From positions 52,018,001 through 52,082,000 of the forward strand of contig OZ024744.1 of the NCBI GenBank assembly GCA_964016885.1: a stretch of DNA of 64,000 nucleotides, in the 5' to 3' direction. The notes under the pieces are model-generated. The model searched no databases, was not told the origin of the DNA, and was given only the letters and a program-made list of their open reading frames with translations. Source of the DNA: Eledone cirrhosa (Eukaryota). The position numbers and the translations under genes were made by a program. This document shows, piece after piece, positions 1 to 14,346 of this stretch (positions are counted from its first letter, which is position 1; each line of letters starts with the position of its first letter).

Positions 1-895
1 CACACTACACCACACTACACCACACTACACCACACTACACCACACTACATCACACTACACTACACATTACTACACTACACCACACTACACTACACATTAC
101 TACACTACACTACACCACACTACACCACACTACACCACACTACACTACACCACACCACACTACACCACACTACACTACACTACACCACACCACACTACAC
201 CACACTACACTACACCACACTACACCACACTACACCACACTACACTACACCACACCACACTACACCATACTACACTACACCGCACTACACCACACTACAC
301 CACACTACACTACACTACACCACACCACACTACACCACACTACACTACACCACACTACACCACACTACACTACTCTATACTACATCACACTACACTACAC
401 ATTACTACACTACACCACACTACACTACACCACACTACACCACACTACACCACACTACACCACACTACACTACACTACACCACACTACACCACACTACAC
501 TACACCACACCACACTACACCACACTACACTACACTACACCACACCACACTACACCACACTACACTACACCACACTACACCACACTACACCACACTACAC
601 TACACCACACCACACTACACCACACTACACTACACTACACCACACCACACTACACCACACTACACCAGACCACACTACACCACACTACACTACACCACAC
701 CACACTACACCACACTACACTACACCACACTACACTACACCACACCACACTACACTACACCACACCACACTACACTACACCCCACCACACTACACCACAC
801 TACACTACTCTATACTACATCACACTACACTACACCACACTACACTATACCACACTACACCACACTACATCATACCCCACCACACTACACCACAC
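1..895. repeat. Pentamer satellite of mixed CACAC/TACAC units
   Basis: Continuous (C/T)ACAC units from the window edge to about 895. Confidence 0.95.
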
Positions 896-1149
896 CCTAC
901 ACACTGTTACCCTATACACCCCCATACACTCTACCTACACACCATCGCCTCTGCCTTCTCAACCACACTTCATCTTTTTACATCACAGTTGAGCCACTGC
1001 ACCTACTCTGCACTTCACACCTATTTCCAACCCCTTAACCCCACCCCCACCCCAGGAAACCACCTACCCCCACCCCCACCTTCGTCTCAGACTGCCACCT
1101 CCAAATCCATTTCCATTCCCTAAGCATCATCAACAGTATTTCACAAAAT

Positions 1150-1960
1150 CACCACACCACCACAACCACCACCACCACCACATCACCGCCACCACTACAT
1201 CATCACCTCATCACCACCAAAACATCATCACCACCACCACATTACCACCACCACCACATTCATCACCATCACCACATCCATCAACGCCCCCCACACACAC
1301 ACACACAGACACACCACCGCCACATCACCACCAACACATCATCACCACCACCACCACCACCACCACATCACTACCAACACACCACCACCACCACCACATT
1401 ACCACCACCACCATCACACTACATTCATCACCATCACCACATCCATCAACCCCCCCACACACACACACAGACACATCACCACCAACACATCATCACCACC
1501 ACCACCACCACCACCACATCACTACCAACACACCACCACCACCACCACATTACCACCACCACCATCACACTACATTCATCACCATCACCACATCCATCAA
1601 CCCCCCCACACACACACCACCGCCACATCACCACCAACACATCATCACCACCACCACCACCACCACCACATCACTACCAACACACCACCACCACCACCAC
1701 ATTACCACCACCACCATCACACTACATTCATCACCACATCCATAACCCCCCCCCCCCCCACACACACACACACACCACCGCCTCATCACCACCAACACAT
1801 CATCACCACCACCACCACCACCACCACATCACTACCAACACACCACCACCACTACCACATTACCACCACCACCATCACACTACATTCATCACCACATCCA
1901 TCACCCCCCCCCACACACACACACCACCGCCTCATCACCACCAACACATCATCACCAACA
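1150..1960. repeat. Higher-order minisatellite, about 5 units of 140-180 bp built from (CAC)n and (CA)n
   Basis: Block acatcaccaccaacacatcatcaccacc...cacatccatcaacccccc recurs near 1320, 1475, 1625, 1785 and 1930. Confidence 0.85.
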
Positions 1961-2294
1961 CGACATCGTCACTTCGTCACTTGTCCACCAGTTATAAGCA
2001 GTCACCAACCAACCAACCAAACACACACCCCAATCAGCCAACCAGCCACCCACCCAACCACCGAACCTACCACACTCCACTTCTCCGTATCCGTCCCCGG
2101 CCCCCCACTTTGATTGCTGGTCTTCCTTCCTATTCTACGTCAAGTAGCCATTGTTATCTGAGAGAAAAACGCACTCATTTGGAAAACCATTCATCAGCAA
2201 GGAGAAATGTCGTCCATACGGTAGACACAGCTATATAAAACTATAAAGATTAGTTAACTCACAGTATATGTTTGTCTGTAGCGTGTAGCGTGTA

Positions 2295-3097
<803 letters not shown>

Positions 3098-3145
3098 TAA
3101 TAAATGGAAACTATATTTATAAACCCATAATTATTTTATTATATA

Positions 3146-6100
3146 CTAGCAGTTTAGCCCGGCGTTGCTCGGGTTTGTTCATTTGCTATGAAAAGTTACA
3201 TACAGGTAAACATAGCGTGAAAGCGCATAAGCTTATCAATTAAGTGCATAAAGCAGTTGAACCGGTTATTAAAAGTTACGAACCAATTAGCATTTTGGAC
3301 AATCAATGATGGGCTAATAATCTTCCAATAGCGAATTTAGTAGACCAAAGTTGCAAGATGGTGGCCCTGATGCCGCTGGGTGTCAGATCTGTCCGCCATG
3401 GGATACCCTACCAGTTTTTCAGACGGCATATCCAACACCTCCAACACCTACACCCACATCTATAGCACCTCTTTGTAGACGATATTGCGTGTCATCCCTT
3501 GATGAGTGTAAGCAAAAAGTCCATTCCTGCTCCCTACGCGGGAACAGGCAACGTAAAGTTGGCCATGGGAGAAGCATGGCTCCCCCAAATGGATGCCCGC
3601 CACCGACAATGTTTGTCCTTGAGACTTGTTAATGGACATGGCAAAACATGGTTTCACCGGGAATTGGGATCGCCGGAAATCGAACTGGATATCTGAAGCC
3701 GAGGGGAAAAGGTTCATCCTTGGAATGAAAACATTCTCCCCTCTCCCGCACCCCGTTACAATGGTGGCCTCAATCAAGTGGGTGTCAGTGACTTGACGAC
3801 TATGCGAGTACCGTTGCACTGCTTTGGTGGACGCAAGTTCCTTATTAGCATAATGGGACAGCCAACCCTAAGCTTAAGAATGTGAGGTGGGAGCCCTGGG
3901 GGCTTAAGGGAATTTTATAATTCAACCGGATAATTAACGATATCATCGGGGTCTGACGTCCGGTCGATAGATTTGAAGATGGCTCTTTGCCGGGAAACTT
4001 CCCAATCAGCTGCTCGTTAATAAAATTAACCATGGTATTTTTCGGAGCAAGGATGGCTCTTTCGCTGAGCCAATCGAGGTTTTTAAAGTTAGATGAGACA
4101 TTAGGAAAAACTGCTTCCCAAAGGTCAGAAGGGCTGCTCACAATGTTGCACATGGAGTCGATTGCTATGCCGCCCTTGTCATTCGCAGGGACCTTGCCCT
4201 CACTAAGTGCTAAAATATTCTGAGCAAATGCTGCAGACATGTTGTCACCATGCAAATGAGCACGCTTATTTGTGCTCAGGTACAAACTCTTCACCTAGAG
4301 CCACAACATGGACGACTTAAGGCACGCACTTCATCAGCTCTTGTCCCTTTCGGGATGACAGGCAGCGTTTGCCGAATATCCCCTGATAGCAGAAGGGAAA
4401 CGCCACCCATAGGAGCCGTAGAATCCCTCAGATCTTTCAGGGTCCTGTCCAATGCCTCAAGGGCACCCTTGTGTGCGATTGAACACTCATCCCAAACAAT
4501 GGGGCAACATTTTTTGAGAACGGGAGCTTCGTGTGAACTCTTGCTGATATTTCATGTTGGTGTCTCAGTTTTTACTAAATCCAAGGGGTGTTTAAAGGTT
4601 GAATGTGCTGCCCTGTTTCCCGGCAGCAAAGTAGCAGCGATCCCGGACGATGCAACAGCCAACGCAATTTTTTTTCTCCTGACGAATCAATTTCGTTACA
4701 TAAGTTTTTCCGGTACCCCAGGAGCATCGAGAAAGTAAATACCCCCAGTCTGATTTTGAACCGCGTCAATGATAGTTAAATAGGCCAACCTTTGGACCGA
4801 CAGAAGTTTGGGCTCATTTTCCTCTAAGTATTGGGAAAGAGATTCGATGGCATATGCTGTTTCACGCAACAAATCCGGGGCCAACGTGTCAGCTTCCTCT
4901 CTGACGGTTGACGGCAAGCCATACGTCGCCAACTCACTCCCACCTATGTCGAGGAGGGCGTCCTCGATATAAATGAGTGCCCTGTTGTAGATAATGTCGC
5001 TGTAACCAACTTCCACTGAAGTATACTGCAGATGAGCCAGGCGCAGGAAGTCCTCAGACGAAGTCTCTGTACTTGACCCATAAAGATTTGGGATCACCCA
5101 ATTCACACTTTTGAAGCAAAATGGCAAAGAGTTGCCGTAGACCTTTAGGTGATTTCAACAAAGCACCCTCTGCTAAAGTGGAATCCCATTGCGAATCATC
5201 TTCCAAAAGACCTCGCTTACAGCAGGCTTCCCGGAACGTATCACATATTTCTCCATCAACAGTTTTGAGGTCCTGAAAACTTTGTGGGCCTACAACTTCA
5301 TGCAGAAGAAGGCGGGGATGAAAGCACTCATGCTGACTTGGGGGCACAGTGTAAACCCTTCCAAGACAGCTGTCAAATTTTACACCAGGATGTCTTTCAG
5401 CAGCCTGACCTAACTTTCTTCGCACCTAAGTGTTTTTCGACCATATAAAGTAGGATGGAACTTGGCAGTACACAATTGTTTGCGCAAATGTATCGAACTG
5501 GCAAAGTTTAAAGAAACCCGTCAGAGTGGTCTCTTTCGGATCGGCGGCCAACTTGGCGGCGGTTTGGTCCGTAAATTAAACCCTTAGCCGATTTTCCAAA
5601 TGTACCGCAAGCTGTACGATGGCGGGGTGACGTTGATGTAGGGGTAAACCAAATAGGCGCCAAAAAGCTTCATTGCTACTGATGTACCGCCCCGCCAGGT
5701 ATTCTGTGACCTCGTCCCTGCTATTTTCAGCTTGAAATGCGAACATTGCGGCATCAGAGCCCTTATTTACATATTTGCATATGTATTTTATCGACTTGAC
5801 GGAGATGCAAAACTCAACGTTGATGTGGGCGTAGAACATCTTCAAGAAAAGCGGGCAGTAAGGGATCACCCATCTATTGTCGACTTGATCTCCCTTTACT
5901 GTTGTGGTGAAGCTACCGTTCTCGGGCCGTCTCCGCCTGTACAGGGGGTGCCCGTCGCCACCAGTCTGAGTGTGGTCAACAAATGTTTTGGGGTATCCCT
6001 TACTGCACGACTCGCCTTTCAGACACGTGTGATGCTCATTAGGACCCGACGCACACGGACCATGTTAGCTTTGACGATGTCATGTAATTCCTGGTCAGTT

Positions 6101-7648
6101 GCTGGGTTAGGGATTTCAGCCGAAATGAAGCTGTCTATGGCATTTGAATTGATTTTATCAGCTAACCAAATCAAAATGTGAGCATGTGGCAGCCCTTGTT
6201 TTTGCCATTCGACGGTGAACATGTCACATTTTACAACCCCAAATACCTGACCTTTATGATTAAAGCCATGAGTTTAGCCAGTTTCAGTCTGAACACTCTA
6301 GCAATGAGGTCATGTCTGTTCGAAAAATCTTGCCGAGGAAAAGGTTCATGGATTACATTCCGATTCATATGTCTATAGCATTAATCTGTTATATGAAGTG
6401 TTATTTTGCGGGTTGTTATTTACAATAAGCCGATTGAAAATGCCCCAGATAAGCCGTATGTCAATACGGAACGCTCAATACGGAACGCTCCACTGCAGTG
6501 TTGTCATATAGGCAGTGAAGAGTGACAGAGAGTAAAGCAGTTAAATTATAGAGAGGGGAAATATGCGGAACGCTCCATTTGATCATATACATTGTTTCTC
6601 TCTCCAGTGTTGTCATATAGGGAGTGAAGAGCGACAGAGAGAGTAAAGCAGTTAAATTATAGAGAGGGGGAATGATCATGATCGAATTTTGCCCTTATTG
6701 TTGATTGATTTGAAATTTTTTTTTTCATGACCTTCTCCTGACCAAAAGCAATAATTGTCCCGACTTTGAATAGAATCCCGTGAAAAAAGTTTTCTCATTA
6801 ATTTTTTGTCTCATATTGAGAAAAACAAAGAAAGAAAATTACAAAAAGGACAACAATAAAATATAATGTCATTGCTGAGAATCATGTAAATAAATGCTTA
6901 AGCGACGTTATTGTTACGTTTGTTGTTTTATAAATTCATCTGTTGCTTTTGAATATTTGTTATTTGATGTAAAATGTAAGTGTGGAAAATGTAACGTTGA
7001 GAGAGCAGTATGTATTTAGTGTTATCGGCTTTTTAAATTTTGATATTTGATGTATGAGTGTCGTTATGACTGTTTTTTGCTTAGTTATCAAAGTCTTTTT
7101 CGCGTTCCCGAACGAAGAGGGGGAATGATCTATTATATATAGAGAGAAGAGCGACGGAGAGAGTGAAGCTAGTGTTAAACCTCGAAGCATGAAGAGAGTA
7201 AAGCAGTTAAATTATAGAGACTGGGGAATAATCTATTGTAGAGAGAGGGAAGAGCGACGGAGCGAGTAAAGCTATGGTTGTTGTATAAATCGATGTGTTG
7301 CTTAGGTTTCAAAGTTTGTGTCGCGTTCCTTCAAAAGAATTTTGTCGTTGTTCTAAATTGTAACCTTTTAAAGAGAGTTGCAACATGTATGTAGTTTCAT
7401 ATATTTTTGATGGTAAGAGTGAGAGGAATGAAGCGTGTAAGAGAGAGGGTTACAGCATGTATTTAGTTTTATCGATTTTTTTTCATAGAAGCAGGAAATT
7501 TTTGGCAAAAATAATTACGCGTTGACCTGCCCTGGTAAATTTGGAGCACATTGGAACAAAAATCATCAAAATCGGTAAAGAAATGTGGAAATGTATAAAA
7601 ATCATATACACACACAGACAAACATCTACCGTTTTATGTATAGAGAGA
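3146..7648 (-). mobile_element. Helitron, internally deleted, both termini intact
   Basis: Minus strand starts A|TCTCTCTATACATAAAA at 7648 and ends with hairpin CCCGAGCAACGCCGGG, then CTAAACTGCTAG|T at 3146. Joining the flanks restores the repeat seen uninterrupted at 10250-10340. Confidence 0.93.
3460..6330 (-). pseudogene. Helitron RepHel (HUH replicase plus PIF1-like helicase), frameshifted, N-terminus missing
   Basis: VEWQKQGLPHAHIL (HUH motif), KYICKYVNKG (catalytic Tyr motif), FLDAPG (start of Walker A), ERAILAPKN, QFPVKPCFAMSINKSQGQTL and FSHGQLYVACSRV spread over broken ORFs. Confidence 0.93.
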
Positions 7649-7699
7649 TATTTCAAGGGTAACCAAGGCAAATTATGGTGCGCTTTCATCAGATAAAAT
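7649..7699 (-). ncRNA. Hammerhead ribozyme 5' part; 3' part at 3133-3145, split by the Helitron; 5' part duplicated at 19603-19653
   Basis: ATTTTAT-CTGATGA-stem II-GAAA-TA|Helitron|TATA-TA-ATAAAAT; stem I is a perfect 7 bp once rejoined. Confidence 0.75.
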
Positions 7700-7781
7700 A
7701 CAGATTTGTTTTATAAAGTGGTTTATATTAGTTATAAAAAGTTTTAAGCTTGTTGAATCCCAACAAATTAAATATAACCTC

Positions 7782-7844
<63 letters not shown>

Positions 7845-7848
<4 letters not shown>

Positions 7849-8285
7849 TTCGATGAAAATCATAGGAAAACAGAGTCAAGATAATTTAATAAAACAATGA
7901 ATAAAAACAAAGAACAAGTTCCTTATATTAAAAAAAATCATCATTTTACGATCGTTTCTAGGATATATATGTGTGTTGGTATATATATCATATAGATTTA
8001 TGTAAAAATATTACAAACTATCAAAGGAAATATATATACTTTCCCATATATATGCTGTCTTCAGAAAAAATTATATATATATGTGAAGATATATATATTT
8101 CCTCTGATAGTTTGTAATATGTTTACATAGATCTATATGATATACATACCAACACACATATATATCCTAGAAACTATCGTAAAATGATGAATTTTTTAAT
8201 ATACGGAACTTGTTCTTTGTTTTTATTCATTGTTTTTATTAATTTATCTTGACTCAGTTTTCCTATGATTTTCATCGAAAATTGT
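7845..8285. repeat. Inverted repeat with ~195-bp arms carrying a hammerhead motif (Penelope-like/retrozyme-type relic)
   Basis: 7845-8040 is the reverse complement of 8088-8285; abuts (TA)n. Confidence 0.85.
7943..8070 (-). ncRNA. Type I hammerhead motif with ~100-nt stem II (copy at 19897-20024)
   Basis: TTT-CTGAAGA-c-AG.ATATATATG...CATATATAT.CT-a-GAAA-CGATCG-TA-AAA; stem I is short and appears truncated. Confidence 0.6.
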
Positions 8286-8429
8286 TGAATGCATCTTCTC
8301 TTTTCATGATATTTGGATTACATTGAGTTCTTCATACGGATTGGACACTACTGTATATTTTGGTAGATTTATCTACATATATATATATATTAAAGTTGCG
8401 ACGGTGAACAGAAAACAAATAAACGTGGA

Positions 8430-8612
8430 AGCGAAGAGGGTCGGACGCCATGCTTTGACGTATAGAGTTACGGCCCTTGCCATTCTGAGTTCAAATCTCG
8501 CCGAGGCTAACTTTGCCTTTCATGGCAAAAATAATTACGGAGTCGATAAAATAAAGTACCAGTAATGCACTGGATAATTGCTGGCCTTGTGCCAGACGTA
8601 GAAACAATTATT
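8430..8612 (+). mobile_element. tRNA-derived SINE, 5'-truncated (copy at 20384-20566)
   Basis: B box GAGTTCAAATC followed by ctttgcctttcat...gtcgataaaataaagtaccag; same family as 46577-46760. Confidence 0.8.
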
Positions 8613-8679
8613 AGTTTTTATATATATATATATATATACGTAACATGTATCTGTGTTTGAATGTATTTATGCATATAAG

Positions 8680-8750
<71 letters not shown>

Positions 8751-8804
8751 TTCAGAAATAGCCGTCGAAACGGCTTGAGCTCTGCCGTCGAGGTCATACC
8801 TTTT

Positions 8805-8845
<41 letters not shown>

Positions 8846-9014
8846 TTATATGCATATATATATACATACTTATATGCATAAATACATTCAAACATACATT
8901 GAAACACACATATATAATACGAATATGCATAATACTTATATACATACATGTATACCTGCATACATATGTATAAATGCATTGGCACACATAGATTGATATA
9001 TATATATGATCTAT

Positions 9015-9055
<41 letters not shown>

Positions 9056-9344
9056 ATGTGTGTGTTTCAGCTAATATATATATTTCACCTATATATATAT
9101 ATATATATTGAAAATCCTATTTAGGTGCAACACGTGTTCTTTAATATGGTTCGATAATTGTTATTGAATTGATGGAAACTGTATCGAACTCAGCCTTTTG
9201 ACTGTGTGCTGTACCAACTTTGGATATAAAGCTTATTTTTTACTATATTGCCCACTCTACTACCCCAAATATCGAGTACTCTGGTGGGTAATGATCAGAC
9301 TGGCTTTTACTGCCTCCGTTCTGATATATATATATATGTGTGTA

Positions 9345-9420
<76 letters not shown>

Positions 9421-9521
9421 GAAACACACAGATACATGCGGACACACACATATATACATGAATGCATCCGCACCCAACTGCGAGTTAAGGGTGCCATCTA
9501 AATGTTTCTTCTCTCTTCATA

Positions 9522-9606
<85 letters not shown>

Positions 9607-9967
9607 ATGATATTAAATAAATGGAAACTATATTTATAAAACCATATTTATTTTATTATATATATTTCATCAGATAAGTTTCAGATAGTTTCCATTTATT
9701 TAATATCATTGAATATTTACTCCAGTAACTTGTTGAGTGCGCTAAATCAGTTATAAACATTTATGTTTGTCGGACTTCCAACAAATTAAATACAACTGCT
9801 ACTTATATATATATATATATGAAAAGTTCCGATCTAGCTGTCGAAAAGGCCAGAGCTCAGCCGTTGGGGACCTGCAATTTTCATATTACCCACTCAACTA
9901 CCCCAAGTATCGAGTACTGTCGTGCATTATGGTATCTTACCTGGTATCTTACCACAATCTCTTTGTT

Positions 9968-9998
<31 letters not shown>

Positions 9999-10139
9999 AG
10001 CAGAAGGGATATTCAATGTGTTGGTAATTCAACAAATATAAATGTTTATAGCTGATTCAGAGCACTCGACAAGTTTTCTGGAGTATAATATTCAATGATA
10101 TTAAATAAATGGAAACTATATTTATAAAACCATATTTAT

Positions 10140-10195
10140 TCTATTATATATATTTCATAGGTACCAACCTTTTGGTACGCTTTCATCAGATAACT
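10140..10195 (-). ncRNA. Type I hammerhead ribozyme motif (copy at 22092-22147)
   Basis: TTAT-CTGATGA-aagc GTACCAA aagg TTGGTAC ctat-GAAA-TATATA-TA-ATAG. Confidence 0.72.
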
Positions 10196-10249
10196 TGAAC
10201 CGTTAAGGTATGTTCCTTGGCTATGTCAAATTTTATAAAACAAACTTTG

Positions 10250-10310
10250 TATTTTATCTGATGAAAGCGTACCAAAGTTTTGCTACCCTTGAAATATATA
10301 TAATAGAATA
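10250..10310 (+). ncRNA. Type I hammerhead ribozyme motif (copy at 22202-22262)
   Basis: TATTTTAT-CTGATGA-aagcgtaccaaagttttgctaccctt-GAAA-TATATA-TA-ATAGAATA; 8-bp stem I with one GU pair; predicted cleavage after 10302. Confidence 0.8.
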
Positions 10311-10348
10311 AATATGGTTTTATAAATATAGTTTCCATTATTTAATAT

Positions 10349-10421
<73 letters not shown>

Positions 10422-10632
10422 TGTATATATAGATGAATAGTGACAAATTGAAACAGAAATAGATTGATAGATAGGCAGAAATCGATCGAGAGCGAAAGAG
10501 GGAGAGGGAAAGAGAAAGAGAGAAAGAGAGAAGGTAGATAGAGAATAGACATAAAATATATCATTTGATTGATGGATGTATGGATGGATAGATTGACATA
10601 CAGATAGGTAGATATACAGCTAATTAGCTCAG

Positions 10633-10649
10633 TAGATAGACAGACAGGC

Positions 10650-10714
<65 letters not shown>
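10633..10714. repeat. (GATA)n microsatellite at the LINE 3' junction
   Basis: Seen directly; also at 22583-22664 and 28199-28225. Confidence 0.95.
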
Positions 10715-10954
10715 TGCTTCTTTATTAGCCACAGGGACACAAAAGAAGGGGACAAATACAAAGGGGGAAGTTTACATACAATAAAAACGTGTAAAATGTT
10801 ATCACAAATGGAATTTAAAAAGTTAGTCGATTTTCCCCAATAGGGGGAGACAGTTCATATGGGTAACACATACCCCGAAAAAAAATGTGCAACCCTCATC
10901 TCCATGAGTACGAAGAGTTTGTACTCCTTTCCTCTCCTCCTCCTTTTCCTCAAC

Positions 10955-13900
10955 CTACAGGCTGATATAGAGAGAAGGCCCATTCACTCGGGCCATTCTC
11001 GCCACTTTCACCCACCTTTCATAAAACTTGCTGGGGTACAGCACCTCTCTCTCCATCCTGATTCTTCTTCCAAAGTGGTATTTGAAAAAAGAATCAGTTG
11101 TTGGCCGGAGAGAAAGGTGTCTGACCTCAGCCCTTTCAACCTTGTCCACCATACAACCTCTTTCGCCATAGCTATCCCACAAAGGAAAACCGCCTCTCCT
11201 TCGTTTTTGAAGGAGGGTGGCGGTTTGATCATGAAAATGGACTCAGTGGTCAACTGGATTGGTCCCACCCGCGACAATAGTCGTTCTACATAGCCCCACG
11301 GGTCAGTGACGCCCGGGCAGTGTATGAATGCGTGCGCGACGGTTTCTTCGTCTCGCACGCACCTCGGACAGATCTTTTTTGCAGGGTCCCTGCCCGGGCG
11401 CCCATGTCTGTAGAGCTTGTCTCGAACTGGTAGAGCTCCTCGGTAGCACTGCCAGGCCAGGGACTTTTGGAAGTTGTCCATCGGTCCCGGGCGGAAGTTC
11501 CTACCGAACAGACTGGCCAGTTCCTCTTCCTCTACGCCTAGAGTTTCACCGAGCGCGTCGTCGCACTTGCTGCGGATCAACCCTCTATAGAATGACGAAG
11601 TGGAGTCTCCACTGATCGCCGGGTCCGCCTGCCAGAGGGCTGTGAGCGCCTGAGCACATTCGATGTGCCAGTCGCCCATTTTCCTCGGTCTTTGCTTGAC
11701 CCAGGACTGCAGCTCGGTCAGCGAGACAAGTTGTGGGAAGGCTCGCCTCACGAACGGGGCCCACACCGGTTGTCCGGTGAGGAATACGTAGAGATGCCGC
11801 AGCCTAAGCGTTAGAAGGGTGTTGGCAGCAGATGGATCTTCTCACCAAAGGAGCCCGCCTCTTCCAAAGGAATCGGAAGAGCGCGTGTTCCATTTTGGCG
11901 AGCGTTTTGGCTGGACAAGGCACGACGGTCAAGCGGTAGTAGATGGTGGACGCTATAAAAGTGTTCGCAACCTCCGCTCGACCTTTCAAGGATAGTTTGC
12001 ACTCGGCCCACTTCTGGGTGAGTGCAAACACCTTGGCCGTCACTTCGTTCCAGTTCTTTTCCACCTGGAGGTCCGGACCAAACCAGACCCCGAGCAGCTT
12101 TATCGGTCCTTCCATCCAGCGTCCGACGGCGCCAAACCGATGGACTTGTCCCGGTTCAGCTTCGCTCCTGTGAAACTTTCGTATTCCTTCAGTAAGGTGA
12201 CGACTTCCTCGACTTGCGAGGCGCTCGACACCATTACTGTCACGTCGTCGGCGCAGGCCGACGCCGCTTTCCGCAGTCCCGGTTCCAGGGGGATGCCCTG
12301 CAATAGCTCCAACTTCCGCAGTAGTGGCTCGAGAGTCAGTACGTACAGAAGGGAGGAGAGAGGGCATCCCTGTCGAATGGATCGCGTAATATGGTACGGC
12401 TCTGAGAGGTAGCCGTTCACCTTGACACTTGAGCAGATGTTGCTGTTGTGCATTGCAGCAATCCAGCCCCTGAACACGGGTCCGAAGCCTGCCGCTTCGA
12501 GCACCGCATCCAGGTAACGATGGTCAACCCTATCGAAAGCCTTAGACTGATCCAACTTGATCAGGGCCCCACCGAAGCCGGGTTTACACCCTACCCTCTC
12601 TATGATGTATCGCATGAGGTGGAGGTTGTCGTGTATGGACCTGGTGGGGATTGCGCATGTCTGCGCAATCCCGACCAGGTTCTCGACGACAAGCGCCAGC
12701 CTCTTTGCCATCACCTTGGCCAAAATCTGTAACTCTGTGTGTAGCAGAGTTATGGGCCGGAAGTTGCCTATGTCACCTCCCTTATTCTTGTCCTTCCTGA
12801 TTAGTGTGACCACGCCCCCGGTCACAGAACTGGGAATTATCCCGTTCTGCTGCCAGTTACAGTAGACCGCTTCCAGGAGACCGGAGAATAAGTCCGGCAT
12901 TGCTACGTAAAATTCGTAGGGTAGACCGTCGAGACCTGGAGATTTGCGTTTGCCGCACTGGCTCAGCGCGTCCCCTATCTCAGTGGTTGAAATCGGCTTT
13001 TCGCAGAACTTTGCCTCGCTTTCCGAGAGTCGCGGTAGGCCGTCGATGTATGGGCCGAAATCCATAGCCTCTCTCGGCGTCCCCCCCCCCCCCCCGAACA
13101 GCTGAGCAAAGTGCCGCTGAAAAGCCGCACACATCTGCTTCGGCACACGTATCACGCGTCCGCTTTGGTCCTTCAAAGACCGAATCGTGGACTTGTTGCC
13201 ACTTTTTGCCTCCGTCACTCGGGCCCAGCTAACAGCTTTGGCTCCCTAGTTTCCCAGAGCACGTATTTTGCTTCTGACAACGAAGCCCTCGTGCTTTGCG
13301 TCGAAGAACTGGTCCAAGGCCGTTCTCGTTGCTAGCACGCTGGCTACGTTGCCACTTCTAATTGCCTCTTCTACTTTGTATACCAGTTCCTTCTCGGTTC
13401 TATTTCTATCTAACGCTAATTCTTTACTAAAAACTATCGAGTCTAATCTAACTGCCCTCTTGAGAGAGTACCACCATCTGTTGTTGACAATGGCCCCTGT
13501 CAAGTGCTGTTTAACTAAAGTGCTAATCCGTCTACTGTAGGCTTAGCTTGTCGGTAACGACAAGTTCAGCTTCCAGTAGCCGGGTCCTTGTCTATGGGTT
13601 CTATCAAGGTTGGCCATGCAGGTCACTAGTTTGTGATCTGAATAGGCAACCATGAACATTTGTGGACAGCTTAACATGTCCCTATCCATCTTTCTAACTA
13701 GAACCCTATCTAGGTACGATCTAGATGTTCCGCTACGATTACTCCACGTCCACAGTGGCGCAGTCGGAAAATCTAGTCGATATCTATCGGCCAGGTCAAA
13801 TCGGTCGATTAACTGTTTGAGGCTGTTACACCCACCTTTATCGGGACATGCTCCCACATAGTCCCAATGTGCATCTAGGATTCCATTCCAGTCCCCCAAT

Positions 13901-14313
13901 AAAAGCAAGGAGCGGGACGTTCCCAGAAAACTCTCTAGACGTTTGAAGAAGTCTGGCTGCGGTGTCCCGGATGGGGCATATGCGGCCACCAGCCTGAAGG
14001 CTCCACCTTCACTACCGTCAACGTCTAGGACCACCAGTCGACCCTCCGGGTCCAGATGTACCGTCTGTGTTACGAGGCCCAGGTGTTTCCGCAGCAAAAC
14101 GGCAACTCCGCTCCCACCCCCCGGTTGACAGAGAGATGCGTAGATCTCAAAGTCATCGAAGATGGGGGCCAGCTGTCGCTCGCTGTGGATCCTGGACTCG
14201 CAAATGGCTACCCCATCCATAATGTGCGACCTGAGGTCGTTTAAGAGTTTGCCCTGTTTCCAGGGCATCCCCAGGCCGCGTACGTTCACACATCCAACTC
14301 TTATATTGGCCAT
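10955..14313 (-). pseudogene. ORF2 of A1 (APE endonuclease, RT, C-terminal zinc finger), disrupted
   Basis: MANIRVGCVNVRGL, GDWN, YLDR, SDH; KSPGLDG, FRPITLL, LDQSKAFDRV, RQGCPLS; YADD mutated to CADD; stops and deletions. Confidence 0.92.
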
Positions 14314-14346
14314 GTTGGTGCTGAAAAGTTAAAAGAGGAAAAGAGA

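Noticed and set aside
1-895. C/A-rich array considered as a telomere
   Set aside because: Units are CACAC/TACAC, not CCCTAA-like, and a window edge is not evidence of a chromosome end
2130-2215. CTGATGA on the minus strand considered as a hammerhead
   Set aside because: No correctly placed GAAA, TH site or stems
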